DNA of 50,243 nucleotides from a virus (lineage: Duplodnaviria > Caudoviricetes), in the IMG/VR virus record IMGVR_UViG_3300042905_001626, positions 1-50,243 of that record; one strand, written 5' to 3'. The position numbers were made by a program, and so were the translations under genes. Under the pieces are notes generated by a model. The model saw only the letters and a list, made by a program, of their open reading frames with translations. It was not told the DNA's origin and did not search any database. Positions 35,101 through 44,300 of the stretch are shown one piece after another (position 1 is the stretch's first letter; every line of letters begins with the position of its first letter).

Positions 35101-36260
35101 AGACCAATGAGCTTTACACCACACAGAATGTCTGGAACGAACCTGGCACACAGGTGTTGATGTATTCATCACGCTACAAGCCTTACGATCCATTTGATAT
35201 TCAAGACGAAGTGCCTGCTGGTTTAATTACACAGGCCAAAGAGATTAAAGCGCAGCAACCCATAGGACTTGCAGCAGCACTTTCACCATCAACGTCGTTA
35301 AATCAATCGCAAGCGGCTAACGTTAGCACGTCAAACGCGCAGGCTGGACAAACCAATCAGCAGGTTGGTGTAACACCAGGAGCAACATCAACAACGCTTG
35401 GTAGCCAGCCAGGGGCGGATATGTCGGTGGCCGCTAATGCTGGTAAGTTTGCGACGGCCAATGTTCTTTCTGTCAGTCCCGGTACGGCTCAAGCTATTGT
35501 CACGGGTCCAGATGGTAAACCGGTTCTTGTGAATGCATCCAATCTTTCGGGGGCGCAAATCAATGCATTGCAGCCCGGACAGAATGTTGTGGTGGATACG
35601 GCAACAGGAACGATTATTGGCGGCACACCCGGAACAACCGGCACAGACCTTTCGCAAAATACTGCGGGTACTCCCGCCGGTGGTCTTGGTTCGCTAACGA
35701 ATGTAAGCGGTGTTCCGTCTGGTGTAACAACAGGCACGCCATTAGGCATAACGGGCGGTGTGAATGTAACAAACGGCCCTGGTTCAAGCCTAACGACCAC
35801 GGGTACAAACAATAATGTTTCGGTTAATAATCAAGATGTCAAAACTGATTTGACAGATGTTGTGATCGATCAGGATGACAAAGTAGATGTCACAACGACT
35901 GGTGGCCAAACGACTGTGCCTGGCGGACAGACAACGGTAACCGGTGGGCAAACAACGGGTCCTGGCGCAAAGGTAACGGTTCCTGGTGGGCAGACGACAA
36001 CCACGGGCGGATTTGATTTCTTCTTCCCTGTTGCAGGCCAACAGCAAACCGATTACATTACCTACGATATGCCAACGGTTGGAGCCCCGGAGCTACCGGC
36101 GTATAACGCACTTAGTGCGCCAAATTATTTACGTGCAATAGGACCTTACCTACCACTTGGTATAGGCGCACTGATGGAGGCTATGAATGCTAGCAAGCAG
36201 GGGAATGGGAATAATCAATCCGTCCAAAATGCCCAAGGGCAAGCTCAAGGCACGCCGTGA
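32154..36260 (+). CDS. Large putative internal virion/ejection protein with DUF4214-like N-terminus
   Basis: ITELYRSILGRNPDQGGLEYW; helical repeats; hydrophobic A/G-rich middle; T/G-rich tail. Confidence 0.65.
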   Translation: MATSQDASAAQITELYRSILGRNPDQGGLEYWDSTGKSADEIAAILREARDTAGSAESALFAKNQGILKDISGLAKNNELSITDIVKYAKDNNVSYQDVVQAVEAFIPNVTVDSLQYEQARQNLSKYADSKNQVSLVDAIKAASEFGVDTKNLAKFFSMTPEVLANTINTNAKYLADSKLFDTVAIDQVAALTGADLSALNGGKRSSEIGAALDAAKDSKGQITYADAIGVGSKLGLSDDELAGYIGVKPEDLANYRTTTDIQAKITDAKSDGKLTLDEIIGIQSDTDKDFTQFVQDYFAGSAEEKAALVSQLNARNSLTPELRAAQDAIAGMADPKTNQIDLGKLYDYAKANNLNPADIAGFVNQQPDALAQSFADIPINRRLQEASADGLSIDEILGEVGTSKMSIEDFVNRYLAPENKQQLIEALNTESAFTPEERALRRDFVSLGQQTGMDKALEFASQKGLSDEDASRILGINASDIGSYRRSEFISQGLNQAMGSDNQLGYDEIYRFSKDKNVPLDELINYLGNPDERSTLKTGIQSYIDAAEADAKMTPAERLTQQLTDVTGGGKQSGVWDKNNGWDHHLQKMVNYLEGYGISDLRQIGTKVENRMVQDLAPAIQSGDDFRQADEIVESEAPFVVYYDKSTGKELHAVPQSQNGGYWEFGSEGQGKGSTGYFIGPSSGGSVGVTSSWREKYGAQEYALPLMFVAAIAAPYLLPEVIGTATGMTAAEAASLGLSANSGLAGILVEAGMSIPAAQAAATVIANGVYKGVSAEMAGGDFNQGFIAGGIAPWMAQYATNWAADNLPTGTNPAVARTVGLAVGQLMSTGEIDPKQLAASALAPQAVEKLVKATNGAITPNQAKLLFTTLATGGENITAMASNPMAVLNFVQQNKGLFDEILTNKPISEIGKKLNISALDNSQQKFFTEDGALQYPGSRYEGREFPEVAGELVQGIQRVNEDGSISVGRDKETGLEVRLNPETNELYTTQNVWNEPGTQVLMYSSRYKPYDPFDIQDEVPAGLITQAKEIKAQQPIGLAAALSPSTSLNQSQAANVSTSNAQAGQTNQQVGVTPGATSTTLGSQPGADMSVAANAGKFATANVLSVSPGTAQAIVTGPDGKPVLVNASNLSGAQINALQPGQNVVVDTATGTIIGGTPGTTGTDLSQNTAGTPAGGLGSLTNVSGVPSGVTTGTPLGITGGVNVTNGPGSSLTTTGTNNNVSVNNQDVKTDLTDVVIDQDDKVDVTTTGGQTTVPGGQTTVTGGQTTGPGAKVTVPGGQTTTTGGFDFFFPVAGQQQTDYITYDMPTVGAPELPAYNALSAPNYLRAIGPYLPLGIGALMEAMNASKQGNGNNQSVQNAQGQAQGTP

Positions 36261-36435
36261 TGACACAGATTTCACAGAGTTCGCTAAAGGTGGACCTGTT
36301 GGTTTGTATGCGAACATACACGCCAAGCGCAAGCGTATTGCATCAGGATCTGGCGAAAAGATGCGTAAGCCAGGATCTAAAGGGGCACCCACGGCAGAGG
36401 CGTTTCGCAAGTCAGCATTGACTGCCAAAGGATAA
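36187..36435 (+). CDS. Small basic phage protein
   Basis: FAKGG..GLYANIHAKRKRI..GSGEKMRKPGSKGAPT. Confidence 0.75.
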   Translation: MLASRGMGIINPSKMPKGKLKARRDDTDFTEFAKGGPVGLYANIHAKRKRIASGSGEKMRKPGSKGAPTAEAFRKSALTAKG

Positions 36436-36437
36436 TC

Positions 36438-37415
36438 ATGGCGTACACGACCGGCGTTACTAACTTTGATCCCAATCTAAATGAGATTGTGGAAGAGGCA
36501 TTTGAGCGATGCGGTAGAGAGCTTCGGTCGGGCTATGATTTGCGTACGGCAAGGCGGTCTTTAAATCTGTTGTTATCAGAGTGGTCCAATCGCGGTATTA
36601 ATTTATGGACCATGGAGCAGGGAGCCATACAGCTCTACGCTAATCAGATTACCTATCCCATTCCCATCAACACCGTGGATCTGGTAGAGACGATTATCCG
36701 CACTGGCACGGGCACGAATCAAGTTGATATCAATATCAGCCGGATTTCGGTGAGCACGTATTCAACGATTCCAAATAAGCTTGCTACTGGCAGACCGATT
36801 CAGATTTACATTGACAGACAAGGCGGTCAAACATATGTTTTCACAGGCACCCTGGCCGCAAGTATCAGCTCAACGGCTACGTCAATACCAATGTCTTCTC
36901 TCGCAGGGGTGCCATATGCAGGATATGCAAACATTGGATCGGAGACGATTTATTACTACGGAACTAGCACCCAAGCCGAGAATGTGGCAACGGGCGCATC
37001 AGCTTATGCAACGCTGGATAATGTAATCCGAGCGCAGAACAATACGACGGCTGCCAGTCATTCATCGGGGTCCACGGTAAGTAATACCAAGTTTCCTAAT
37101 GTAACGGTATGGCCGGCACCCGATCAGGGATCTATCAGTGATCCGTATTACACGTTGATTTACTGGCGCATGAGAAGGTTACAAGACGCTGGTAACGGTG
37201 TTAACGTTGAAGATATTCCGTATCGTTTCCAAGAGGCTTTGATTGCCGGCTTGGCGTACAAGCTATCGATGAAAGTGGAAGGTGGTTTGGATAGGATGGG
37301 GATGTTAAAGGCCCAATACGATGAGGCATGGCAGTTAGCTGCTGATGAAGATCGTGAAAAGGCTCCTCTGAGGTTGGTCCCCAGGCAAGGATTCCTTGGG
37401 AGCGGAGGCTTCTAA
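36438..37415 (+). CDS. Putative head-tail adaptor protein with inserted beta domain
   Basis: IVEEAFERCG...ARRSLNLLLSEWSNRG...GRP...VWPAPD...GLAYKL. Confidence 0.7.
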   Translation: MAYTTGVTNFDPNLNEIVEEAFERCGRELRSGYDLRTARRSLNLLLSEWSNRGINLWTMEQGAIQLYANQITYPIPINTVDLVETIIRTGTGTNQVDINISRISVSTYSTIPNKLATGRPIQIYIDRQGGQTYVFTGTLAASISSTATSIPMSSLAGVPYAGYANIGSETIYYYGTSTQAENVATGASAYATLDNVIRAQNNTTAASHSSGSTVSNTKFPNVTVWPAPDQGSISDPYYTLIYWRMRRLQDAGNGVNVEDIPYRFQEALIAGLAYKLSMKVEGGLDRMGMLKAQYDEAWQLAADEDREKAPLRLVPRQGFLGSGGF

Positions 37416-37841
37416 ATGCCTAATCAATTTGCAAGTGGCAAATATGCTATTGCACAATGTGATGTGTGTGGCTTTCGCTATAAGCTTAAGCAGCTAAAGC
37501 CCTTGGTAATTAAGACAAAAAATGTCAATATACTGGCATGTCCTGAATGTTGGAACCCCGATCAACCGCAGTTGCAATTAGGAATGTATCCTGTGGACGA
37601 CCCACAGGCGGTTAGGAATCCTCGTCCCGATTCCAATTCGTATTACCAATCAGGCTATAACGGGATGCAGACCAACAATACAGTAGGAACCAACCCTTTA
37701 TATACGGGCGTGCCATTAGAAGGCAGCCGTGTGATTGAGTGGGGATGGAATCCAGTAGGTGGCGCACGGTATTTTGATTCTGGCATGACGCCAAATCATT
37801 TGATTGGTCAAGCAAGGCTTGGAACGGTAACGGTATCTTAG
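37416..37841 (+). CDS. Zn-ribbon-containing conserved phage protein
   Basis: CDVCGF...CPECW.PDQPQLQLG...DPQAVRNPRPD. Confidence 0.75.
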   Translation: MPNQFASGKYAIAQCDVCGFRYKLKQLKPLVIKTKNVNILACPECWNPDQPQLQLGMYPVDDPQAVRNPRPDSNSYYQSGYNGMQTNNTVGTNPLYTGVPLEGSRVIEWGWNPVGGARYFDSGMTPNHLIGQARLGTVTVS

Positions 37842-37849
37842 GAGTCGAT

Positions 37850-38020
37850 ATGAAAGACGATATTAAGCAAGACAAGAAAACCGCTGCTGCTGCGGTTCAT
37901 AAGCATGAGAAGGCTATGCATCCTGGCAAGCCTTTAACCAAAATGCGTAAAGGTGGCCCCACTTCAGAGATGATGAAGAAGATGGGCAGGAACCTTGCAC
38001 GCGCACGCAACCAGGGATAA
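37850..38020 (+). CDS. Small basic protein (56 aa, not in the ORF track)
   Basis: AGGAG RBS; MKDDIKQDKK...HKHEKAMHPGKPLTKMRKGG... Confidence 0.7.
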   Translation: MKDDIKQDKKTAAAAVHKHEKAMHPGKPLTKMRKGGPTSEMMKKMGRNLARARNQG

Positions 38021-38023
38021 GCC

Positions 38024-38284
38024 ATGGCCAAATACTCCATGAAAGTAAAAGGCAAGGAAGTCGGTCCGGCGTCTGTTTATGCAGAGCCGCATACGATGAC
38101 TGGAGCCAAGGTAGTAGCCTCGCCCAATCCTGGCAAAGACATGCCTTACCACATGGTTCCAGACTGGAAGCCCACGGCTGGTGTGGCTATGAATCCTAAT
38201 GTTGAAGTTAAGACTTCTGGGATTAAAATGCGTGGTACGGGTGCTGCTACGAAAGGCTTGATGAGCCGGGGGCCGATGGCGTGA
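38024..38284 (+). CDS. Small basic protein
   Basis: Ends GIKMRGTGAATKGLMSRGPMA. Confidence 0.7.
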   Translation: MAKYSMKVKGKEVGPASVYAEPHTMTGAKVVASPNPGKDMPYHMVPDWKPTAGVAMNPNVEVKTSGIKMRGTGAATKGLMSRGPMA

Positions 38285-38952
38285 ACTGGGGCGAGCTGAA
38301 GGACAATATTAACAACTACTGCGAAAACATCTTTGCTGATTCGCAGTTGGCTGTCTTTGCCCAGCAGGCAGAGCAGCGTGTTTTTAATACGGTCCAATTT
38401 CCTTCATTGCGCCGCAATGTAACGGGAACGGCTACAGCAAACAATCGGTATCTCCAGTGCCCAACGGACTTTTTGGCGCCCTATTCCATGGCGGTGATTG
38501 ATACGGATGGTTCGTATCATTACTTGCTTAACAAGGACGTTAACTTTATTCGGGAATCGTTTCCCATTCCAACAGGGTCAGGGAACACAGGGCGTCCTTA
38601 TTGCTATGCATTATTTGGCCCTGATTATTCGCTACCCAAAGAGCTGACATTCTTATTGGGTCCAACGCCTGACTACGCGTATTCAATTGAGTTGCATTAT
38701 TTCTATTACCCCACATCCATTACAGATGGAAATGTGGATGCAACGACCACGTGGCTTAGTGAGAACTTTGATTCGGTGCTTTTGTACGGATCCTTGGTAG
38801 AGGCTTACACGTTTTTGAAGGGTGAGCCTGACATGATTGCTCAAGTGACGAATCGGTACAAAGAGGCACTGGCGCTTGCTAAACGTCTTGGTGATGGCAT
38901 GGAGCGCATGGACGCTTACAGATCGGGCCAGGTTCGGGATAAGGTTGTGTAA
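38281..38952 (+). CDS. Putative head-tail connector/tail tubular protein
   Basis: GRPYCYA...GPTPD...ELHYFYYP...TWL...LLYGSLVEAY. Confidence 0.7.
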   Translation: MNWGELKDNINNYCENIFADSQLAVFAQQAEQRVFNTVQFPSLRRNVTGTATANNRYLQCPTDFLAPYSMAVIDTDGSYHYLLNKDVNFIRESFPIPTGSGNTGRPYCYALFGPDYSLPKELTFLLGPTPDYAYSIELHYFYYPTSITDGNVDATTTWLSENFDSVLLYGSLVEAYTFLKGEPDMIAQVTNRYKEALALAKRLGDGMERMDAYRSGQVRDKVV

Positions 38953-39380
38953 TGGCCATAATCCAGACACTGACGACCAGCTTCAAGGTAGAACTTGCCC
39001 AAGGTCTTCATAACTTTACAGCGAGCACTGGTGATGTCTTTAAGATTGCCTTATACACCGCCAATGCGGATCTCGGTGCCTCAACGACTGCTTACACAAC
39101 GGTCGGTGAAGTCAGTGGAACCAATTACACCGCCGGCGGCATCACGCTCACAAACATCACGCCAACCTTTTCTGGAACTGTTGCGTACTGGTCTTTTGAC
39201 AATGCAACGTTCTCAAACGTAACACTGACGACCAATGGTGCTTTGATTTACAACAGTACCAATAGCAATCGTTCGGTGTGTGTTTTAAACTTCGGTCAGA
39301 ACATTACGAAGACAGCATCAAATCTTGTTGTTTATTTCCCAGCCGCGTCAACCACTGACGCCATTTTACGGATTGAATAA
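38952..39380 (+). CDS. Putative tail protein (paralog of 39589-40065)
   Basis: FKIALYT...TTAYT..GEVSGTNYTAGG...ALIYNST. Confidence 0.75.
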   Translation: MAIIQTLTTSFKVELAQGLHNFTASTGDVFKIALYTANADLGASTTAYTTVGEVSGTNYTAGGITLTNITPTFSGTVAYWSFDNATFSNVTLTTNGALIYNSTNSNRSVCVLNFGQNITKTASNLVVYFPAASTTDAILRIE

Positions 39381-39571
39381 TGATTAACACCACTAAGGGC
39401 GAGATGGACGAATCCCTTCTTGAGAAGCGCGAGGGAGTGGTTGATAATGAGCATGAATACACTACGTGGGTAGAGTATTGGCATGAAGGCGAGCTTGTTC
39501 ACAGGTCTGTCCATGTAACCTTAAAGCAAGCGGCAGTATTTTCAGTACCTGAACTAGCAACTTTTGGTTAA
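39380..39571 (+). CDS. Hypothetical protein
   Basis: TAATG-coupled. Confidence 0.7.
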   Translation: MINTTKGEMDESLLEKREGVVDNEHEYTTWVEYWHEGELVHRSVHVTLKQAAVFSVPELATFG

Positions 39572-39588
39572 TTTAAAAGGAGCCTGAA

Positions 39589-40065
39589 ATGGCGAACACT
39601 CAGAGCATGTGTACTTCGTTTATGAGCGAGCTGATGACGGCTACTCATAACTTTGGTACAGCACCCACCCGTGGAACTAGCACTGCCGATACGTTTAAAG
39701 CGGCTTTGTATTTGGCTTCTGCAACGATCAATGCAAGCACCACGGCTTATAGCTCAACCGGTGAAGTCACTGGCACAAACTATACGGCTGGTGGTGTATC
39801 GGTAACGAATGCAACGCCTCCAACATCCACCAATGCTTCGGCAACGGCAGGTACGGCTTACTGGACGCCTTCGGCTTCTATCACGTACACCAACGTAACG
39901 TTAAGCACGGCGTTTGATGCGGTGTTGATTTATAACAGCACACAGTCAAACAAAGCGGTCAGTGTTCATACGTTTGGATCGCAGACGATCACGGCGGGTA
40001 ACTTCACGCTGACGATGCCTTCTAATACGACATCTACTGCATTGCTCCGCCTAGCGACGACCTAA
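39589..40065 (+). CDS. Putative tail protein (paralog of 38952-39380)
   Basis: FKAALYL...TTAYS..GEVTGTNYTAGG...VLIYNST. Confidence 0.75.
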   Translation: MANTQSMCTSFMSELMTATHNFGTAPTRGTSTADTFKAALYLASATINASTTAYSSTGEVTGTNYTAGGVSVTNATPPTSTNASATAGTAYWTPSASITYTNVTLSTAFDAVLIYNSTQSNKAVSVHTFGSQTITAGNFTLTMPSNTTSTALLRLATT

Positions 40066-40066
40066 C

Positions 40067-40885
40067 ATGGCATTCGTTGTTGCAGACCGTGTACAAGAAA
40101 CCACCACAACCACAGGCACCGGCACAGTAACATTAGCTGGTGCGGTTACGGGGTTTCAATCGTTTTCCGCCATAGGGAACGGAAACTCCACGTTTTACAC
40201 CATTGCCGACCAGTCAGGGTCTAACTGGGAAGTAGGCATAGGAACGTACACCTCGTCTGGAACAACGCTATCTAGGACGACGGTTTTATCTTCCAGTAAT
40301 TCTGGAAGTTTGGTGAACTTTGGCGCGGGGACAAAGAATGTCTTTGTAACTTATCCCGCAGGTAGATCGGCTTACGCAGCAACAGTACCTAGTAACGGCC
40401 AGCTACTGATTGGTAACGGCACGGACTTTACGCTCTCCACATTAACCGGTGGTGGCGGGATAAGTATTGTTAACGGCGCAGGTACTATCACGATCAGTAG
40501 TGGTGGTGGCGGTCCTAGCTATGCAACGTATACCTTCACAGGTAATGGTTCTACAACATCCTTTGATACGACCGTCAGTGGACTGACTGTTAATAATGTC
40601 TTAGTCCTTGAGAACGGTATCACGCAAGTACCGACTACCGACTATACGATCTCAGGCACAAGCGTTGTCTTTACGACTGCACCTGCCAGTGGTGTTGCTA
40701 TTCAAGTCAGGGTGCTTGGCGGTGGGGGTGGCGGTGGGTCTGGTGTCATCACAGAAAATCAACGCACGATCTCTAGTAATTACACCATCACCGACGGCTA
40801 TAACGGACTATCAGTTGGCCCAATCACAATCAACACGAGCGTTGCAGTCACCGTTGGTACTGGCGAAAAATGGATGATTTTGTAA
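40067..40885 (+). CDS. Tail fibre-related protein
   Basis: ADRVQETTTTTGTGT...WEVGIGTY...GQLLIGNG. Confidence 0.7.
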   Translation: MAFVVADRVQETTTTTGTGTVTLAGAVTGFQSFSAIGNGNSTFYTIADQSGSNWEVGIGTYTSSGTTLSRTTVLSSSNSGSLVNFGAGTKNVFVTYPAGRSAYAATVPSNGQLLIGNGTDFTLSTLTGGGGISIVNGAGTITISSGGGGPSYATYTFTGNGSTTSFDTTVSGLTVNNVLVLENGITQVPTTDYTISGTSVVFTTAPASGVAIQVRVLGGGGGGGSGVITENQRTISSNYTITDGYNGLSVGPITINTSVAVTVGTGEKWMIL

Positions 40886-40895
40886 GGAAACAAAA

Positions 40896-41336
40896 ATGGC
40901 TTCTATCGTCGTTCAAGGTAACTCTAGCGGTTCTGGCGCTCACACACTTCAGTCGTCGGCAACCAATAGCTCCATCACACAAACCCTGCCTACGGTTGCA
41001 AGCACTACACTGGGTTATCTGAATGCGCCGTTAGATAGTAAGACGGCCAACTATCCGATAGTGGATGGCGATCAGGGCAAGACCATTTATCTTGCTTCTG
41101 GCTCTGGTGTGACGTTCACGATCCCTGCCAATGCTTCTGTAGCGTTTGAAACAGGTACAGTGCTGACGTTCATTAACATGAGTTCTAGCAGCCTGTCGAT
41201 TGCAATCACGACCGACACGATGTATCTCGCAGGAACGGGTAGCACAGGCACAAGGACGCTGGCTCAGTACGGGATTGCAACAGCGATCAAGATGACATCA
41301 ACAACGTGGCTGATCTCTGGCAACGGGTTGACCTAA
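40896..41336 (+). CDS. Tail fibre-related protein
   Basis: TIPANASVAF..GT...WLISGNGLT. Confidence 0.65.
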   Translation: MASIVVQGNSSGSGAHTLQSSATNSSITQTLPTVASTTLGYLNAPLDSKTANYPIVDGDQGKTIYLASGSGVTFTIPANASVAFETGTVLTFINMSSSSLSIAITTDTMYLAGTGSTGTRTLAQYGIATAIKMTSTTWLISGNGLT

Positions 41337-41337
41337 C

Positions 41338-42981
41338 ATGACTGGCATCCTTAATTTATTGATTGGAGCGATGGGGAGTAAGTTCACCATCATCCAAACC
41401 TTCACAGCAACCTCAACGTGGACTTGCCCTACTGGGGTGACTGAGGTTGAGTATTTGATTGTTGGTGGGGGTGGTTCTGGTGGAGGTAATGGTAACAACG
41501 GTGGCGGTGGTGGTGCGGGTGGTTATAAAACTGGAACGGGTTTAGCGGTAACGGCTGGTTCTGATTACACCATCACTGTTGGAGCCGGTGGCGCAAGACC
41601 TGGGGAAACAGTTGGTAATGACGGAACAAACTCCTCAATGTCAGGCCCATCTCCGTTTTCAACCATAACATCACTAAAAGGTGGTGGAGGTGGTAAATAT
41701 AACGGAGTTGCCGGCAACGGAGGAAATGGAACTTATGGGTCCGGCGGTGGAGGTGGGGCTGGTATACCATCCGCCGGTGGTGGTGGCAGCGGAACAAGCC
41801 CACAAGGTGGTAATGGCGCTTCTGGTACGAGTAGCGCTCCGTACACAGGAGGAGGTGGCGGGGGCGCTAATGGTAACGCAACAGGCATAAATGGCGCAGC
41901 AGGATTGCAAGGACCATCATTTGCTTCTGCATACGGCGGCGCTGGACCTGGTGGCTCTCCGTCAACAGGTTACTACGCAGGGGGTGGAGGGGGTGGAGGC
42001 GATTCCCCTGCTGGAACTGGAGGTATTGGCGGAGGAGGTGCCGGAGCTACTTCTGGACAGGCAACTTCAGGAACTGTCAATTCAGGTGGAGGGGGCGGAG
42101 GCTCCGCAGGTGGTGGACCTCCAGGCAGAGAAGCTGGCGCTGGCGGTTCCGGCATTGTCATTCTGAAATATCAAGCACCATCACAGAGTGTTTTCGTATT
42201 CAAGGGTTCGGGTAAGTGGACATGTCCAACAGGTGTGACGTCAGTTGACTACCTTGTGGTAGGAGGTGGGGGCGGTGGTGGCAGCGCCGTAGGTAATTCA
42301 TATCAAGGCGGCGGAGGTGGCGCAGGTGGTTTCCGAACTGGAACAGGCTTATCAGTAACTGCTGGAACAGACTACGCAATCACAGTTGGTTCTGGGGGTG
42401 GCGTTGCTACCAGTGGAGGTAATTCTGTTTTTTCAACAATAACCTCTGCTGGCGGTGGAGGTGGAGCGTCAGCAACAACTACTGGAAACGTAACTGGAGC
42501 TAACGGTGGTTCTGGCGGCGGTGGCGGTAGTAATGCTGGAACTGCTGGGACAGGTGGTTCTGGTAACACACCATCAACATCACCATCTCAAGGAAATAAC
42601 GGAGGATCAGCAACTTCAAGCGCACCAAATTATGGAACTGGCGGCGGTGGTGGAGCGCTAAGTGTCGGAGCAAATGGCGCATCAACGTCTGGTGGAAATG
42701 GAGGCTCTGCACAAACCTCTACCATAAGTGGTTCAACTGTTTATTATGCTGGGGGCGGTGGTGGTTCAACCTATGTTGGTGGAACTGCTGGTCTTGGAGG
42801 CGGAACATCAACCACGGAAAATAAGGGCGGTGGTGGGGATGGCTCTGCTAGTGCTGGAAATGGTGTTAACGGAACAGCAAACACAGGAGGAGGTGGCGGT
42901 GCGGCTGGTAATAATGCTCCTTCTGGCGGCACTGGAGGCAACGGCGGCTCCGGCATCGTCATCATCAAAATAAATCAATAA
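41338..42981 (+). CDS. Glycine-rich virion protein with two tandem domains
   Basis: Two units, each WTCPTGVT.V.YL.VGGGG...GGSGIVI.K. Confidence 0.8.
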   Translation: MTGILNLLIGAMGSKFTIIQTFTATSTWTCPTGVTEVEYLIVGGGGSGGGNGNNGGGGGAGGYKTGTGLAVTAGSDYTITVGAGGARPGETVGNDGTNSSMSGPSPFSTITSLKGGGGGKYNGVAGNGGNGTYGSGGGGGAGIPSAGGGGSGTSPQGGNGASGTSSAPYTGGGGGGANGNATGINGAAGLQGPSFASAYGGAGPGGSPSTGYYAGGGGGGGDSPAGTGGIGGGGAGATSGQATSGTVNSGGGGGGSAGGGPPGREAGAGGSGIVILKYQAPSQSVFVFKGSGKWTCPTGVTSVDYLVVGGGGGGGSAVGNSYQGGGGGAGGFRTGTGLSVTAGTDYAITVGSGGGVATSGGNSVFSTITSAGGGGGASATTTGNVTGANGGSGGGGGSNAGTAGTGGSGNTPSTSPSQGNNGGSATSSAPNYGTGGGGGALSVGANGASTSGGNGGSAQTSTISGSTVYYAGGGGGSTYVGGTAGLGGGTSTTENKGGGGDGSASAGNGVNGTANTGGGGGAAGNNAPSGGTGGNGGSGIVIIKINQ

Positions 42982-42989
42982 GAGGTCAA

Positions 42990-43247
42990 ATGGAAAACAC
43001 GAAGGTCTACAGGTTCCTAGGCATTGATACGGCGATGCACATGCTTCGTCCTGGTGCTAAGTGGGAAATCACAAACAATCAATTCACACGTTGGGATGAT
43101 CCACGCCCCTGTCCGTCAATGGATGAGGTTTACTGGGTGATGGACAAGATCAAAGAGTTTGAAGAGTCAATCCCTACGATGTGGTTGCCAGAGCAGTTAG
43201 AGGAAATGGGCATCAAGATGAAAGAGATTGAAGATGCAATTGCATAA
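42990..43247 (+). CDS. XkdW-like small tail-associated protein
   Basis: LRPGAKW.I......WDDPRPCPS.DE. Confidence 0.6.
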   Translation: MENTKVYRFLGIDTAMHMLRPGAKWEITNNQFTRWDDPRPCPSMDEVYWVMDKIKEFEESIPTMWLPEQLEEMGIKMKEIEDAIA

Positions 43248-43836
43248 TCTGTTTCCCACAGCGGTAGGTTTTGCCGATCTCGGTCGCCCGTTAAGCGATG
43301 AGGAGTTGTTCTTCATCCGTGAGCTTGAGACCAGACCGAATATGGGTAACACTACTAGCACTGATAACTTTGTACTTCGTAGCCCTGTGCTGACGAACCT
43401 AAGATCGTTCATTGAGGATGCTGTCTCGGAATACTTCAAGTCCACTGTCAACCCAAAGCACAACGTATCCTTGCGCGTTACGCAAAGCTGGTGCAATTAC
43501 TCAGAGCAAGGTCAGTACCACCACAAGCACGCACACCCTAATTCGTATATCTCAGGCGTGTTTTATGTGCAGACCAATCCTGATGACAGGATTTATTTCT
43601 ACAAAGACGGCTGGCAACAGATCAAGTTTCCGCCAGATCAGTGGAATCCTTATAACTCGGAATCATGGTGGTTTGAGGCTTACGCCGGAAGATTGATTTT
43701 ATTTCCATCATCGCTTACGCACATGGTTCCAACAGTGCAAGGCGAAGATGTACGCATTTCATTGAGTTTCAACACATTTCCCATTGGCACTGTTGGCGAG
43801 GAAATGGATTTAACTGGATTGAAACTGGAGGCGTGA
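43228..43836 (+). CDS. 2OG-Fe(II) oxygenase-like protein (TIGR02466-like)
   Basis: LFPT...SWCN...HHKHAHPNSYISGVFY...LILFPSSLTHMV...RISLSFN. Confidence 0.88.
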   Translation: MKMQLHNLFPTAVGFADLGRPLSDEELFFIRELETRPNMGNTTSTDNFVLRSPVLTNLRSFIEDAVSEYFKSTVNPKHNVSLRVTQSWCNYSEQGQYHHKHAHPNSYISGVFYVQTNPDDRIYFYKDGWQQIKFPPDQWNPYNSESWWFEAYAGRLILFPSSLTHMVPTVQGEDVRISLSFNTFPIGTVGEEMDLTGLKLEA

Positions 43837-44300
43837 TGGTTACTCAAGAGCGTCTTAAGGAATTGTTTGAGTACCGCGACGGATTTCTGTACGCCAAGCA
43901 AGGTTACCAACCAAAGTTCACGCCAATCACAAACCATCATCGATACATACGAATGAAAGTTGATGGCAAGGTTTATCCTTTGCACAGACTGATTTTTTTA
44001 TATCACCACGGATACCTGCCAAAAATAACAGACCACGCCAACAACGACCGTTCGGACAATAGGATAGAAAATCTAAGAGAGGTAACGCAAAGTCAAAATT
44101 GTTTAAATCGACGCGTTCATGCAAACAACAAAACCGGCATGAAAAATGTGTATTTTGACAAAGCTTATAAAAAATGGAGTGTGCAAATAACCGTTAATCA
44201 AAAACGCAAGTTGATAGGTTATTTTGATGACATTGAACTTGCTGAATTGGTTGCCATCGAAGCAAGAAACAAGTTTCACGGAACATTTGCAAGGAGTTGA
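43833..44300 (+). CDS. HNH endonuclease with AP2-like DNA-binding domain
   Basis: HRLIFLYHHG..P..TDHANNDRSDNRIENLRE...N..NR...NKTGMKNVYF...W..QI...IGYFD. Confidence 0.9.
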   Translation: MMVTQERLKELFEYRDGFLYAKQGYQPKFTPITNHHRYIRMKVDGKVYPLHRLIFLYHHGYLPKITDHANNDRSDNRIENLREVTQSQNCLNRRVHANNKTGMKNVYFDKAYKKWSVQITVNQKRKLIGYFDDIELAELVAIEARNKFHGTFARS

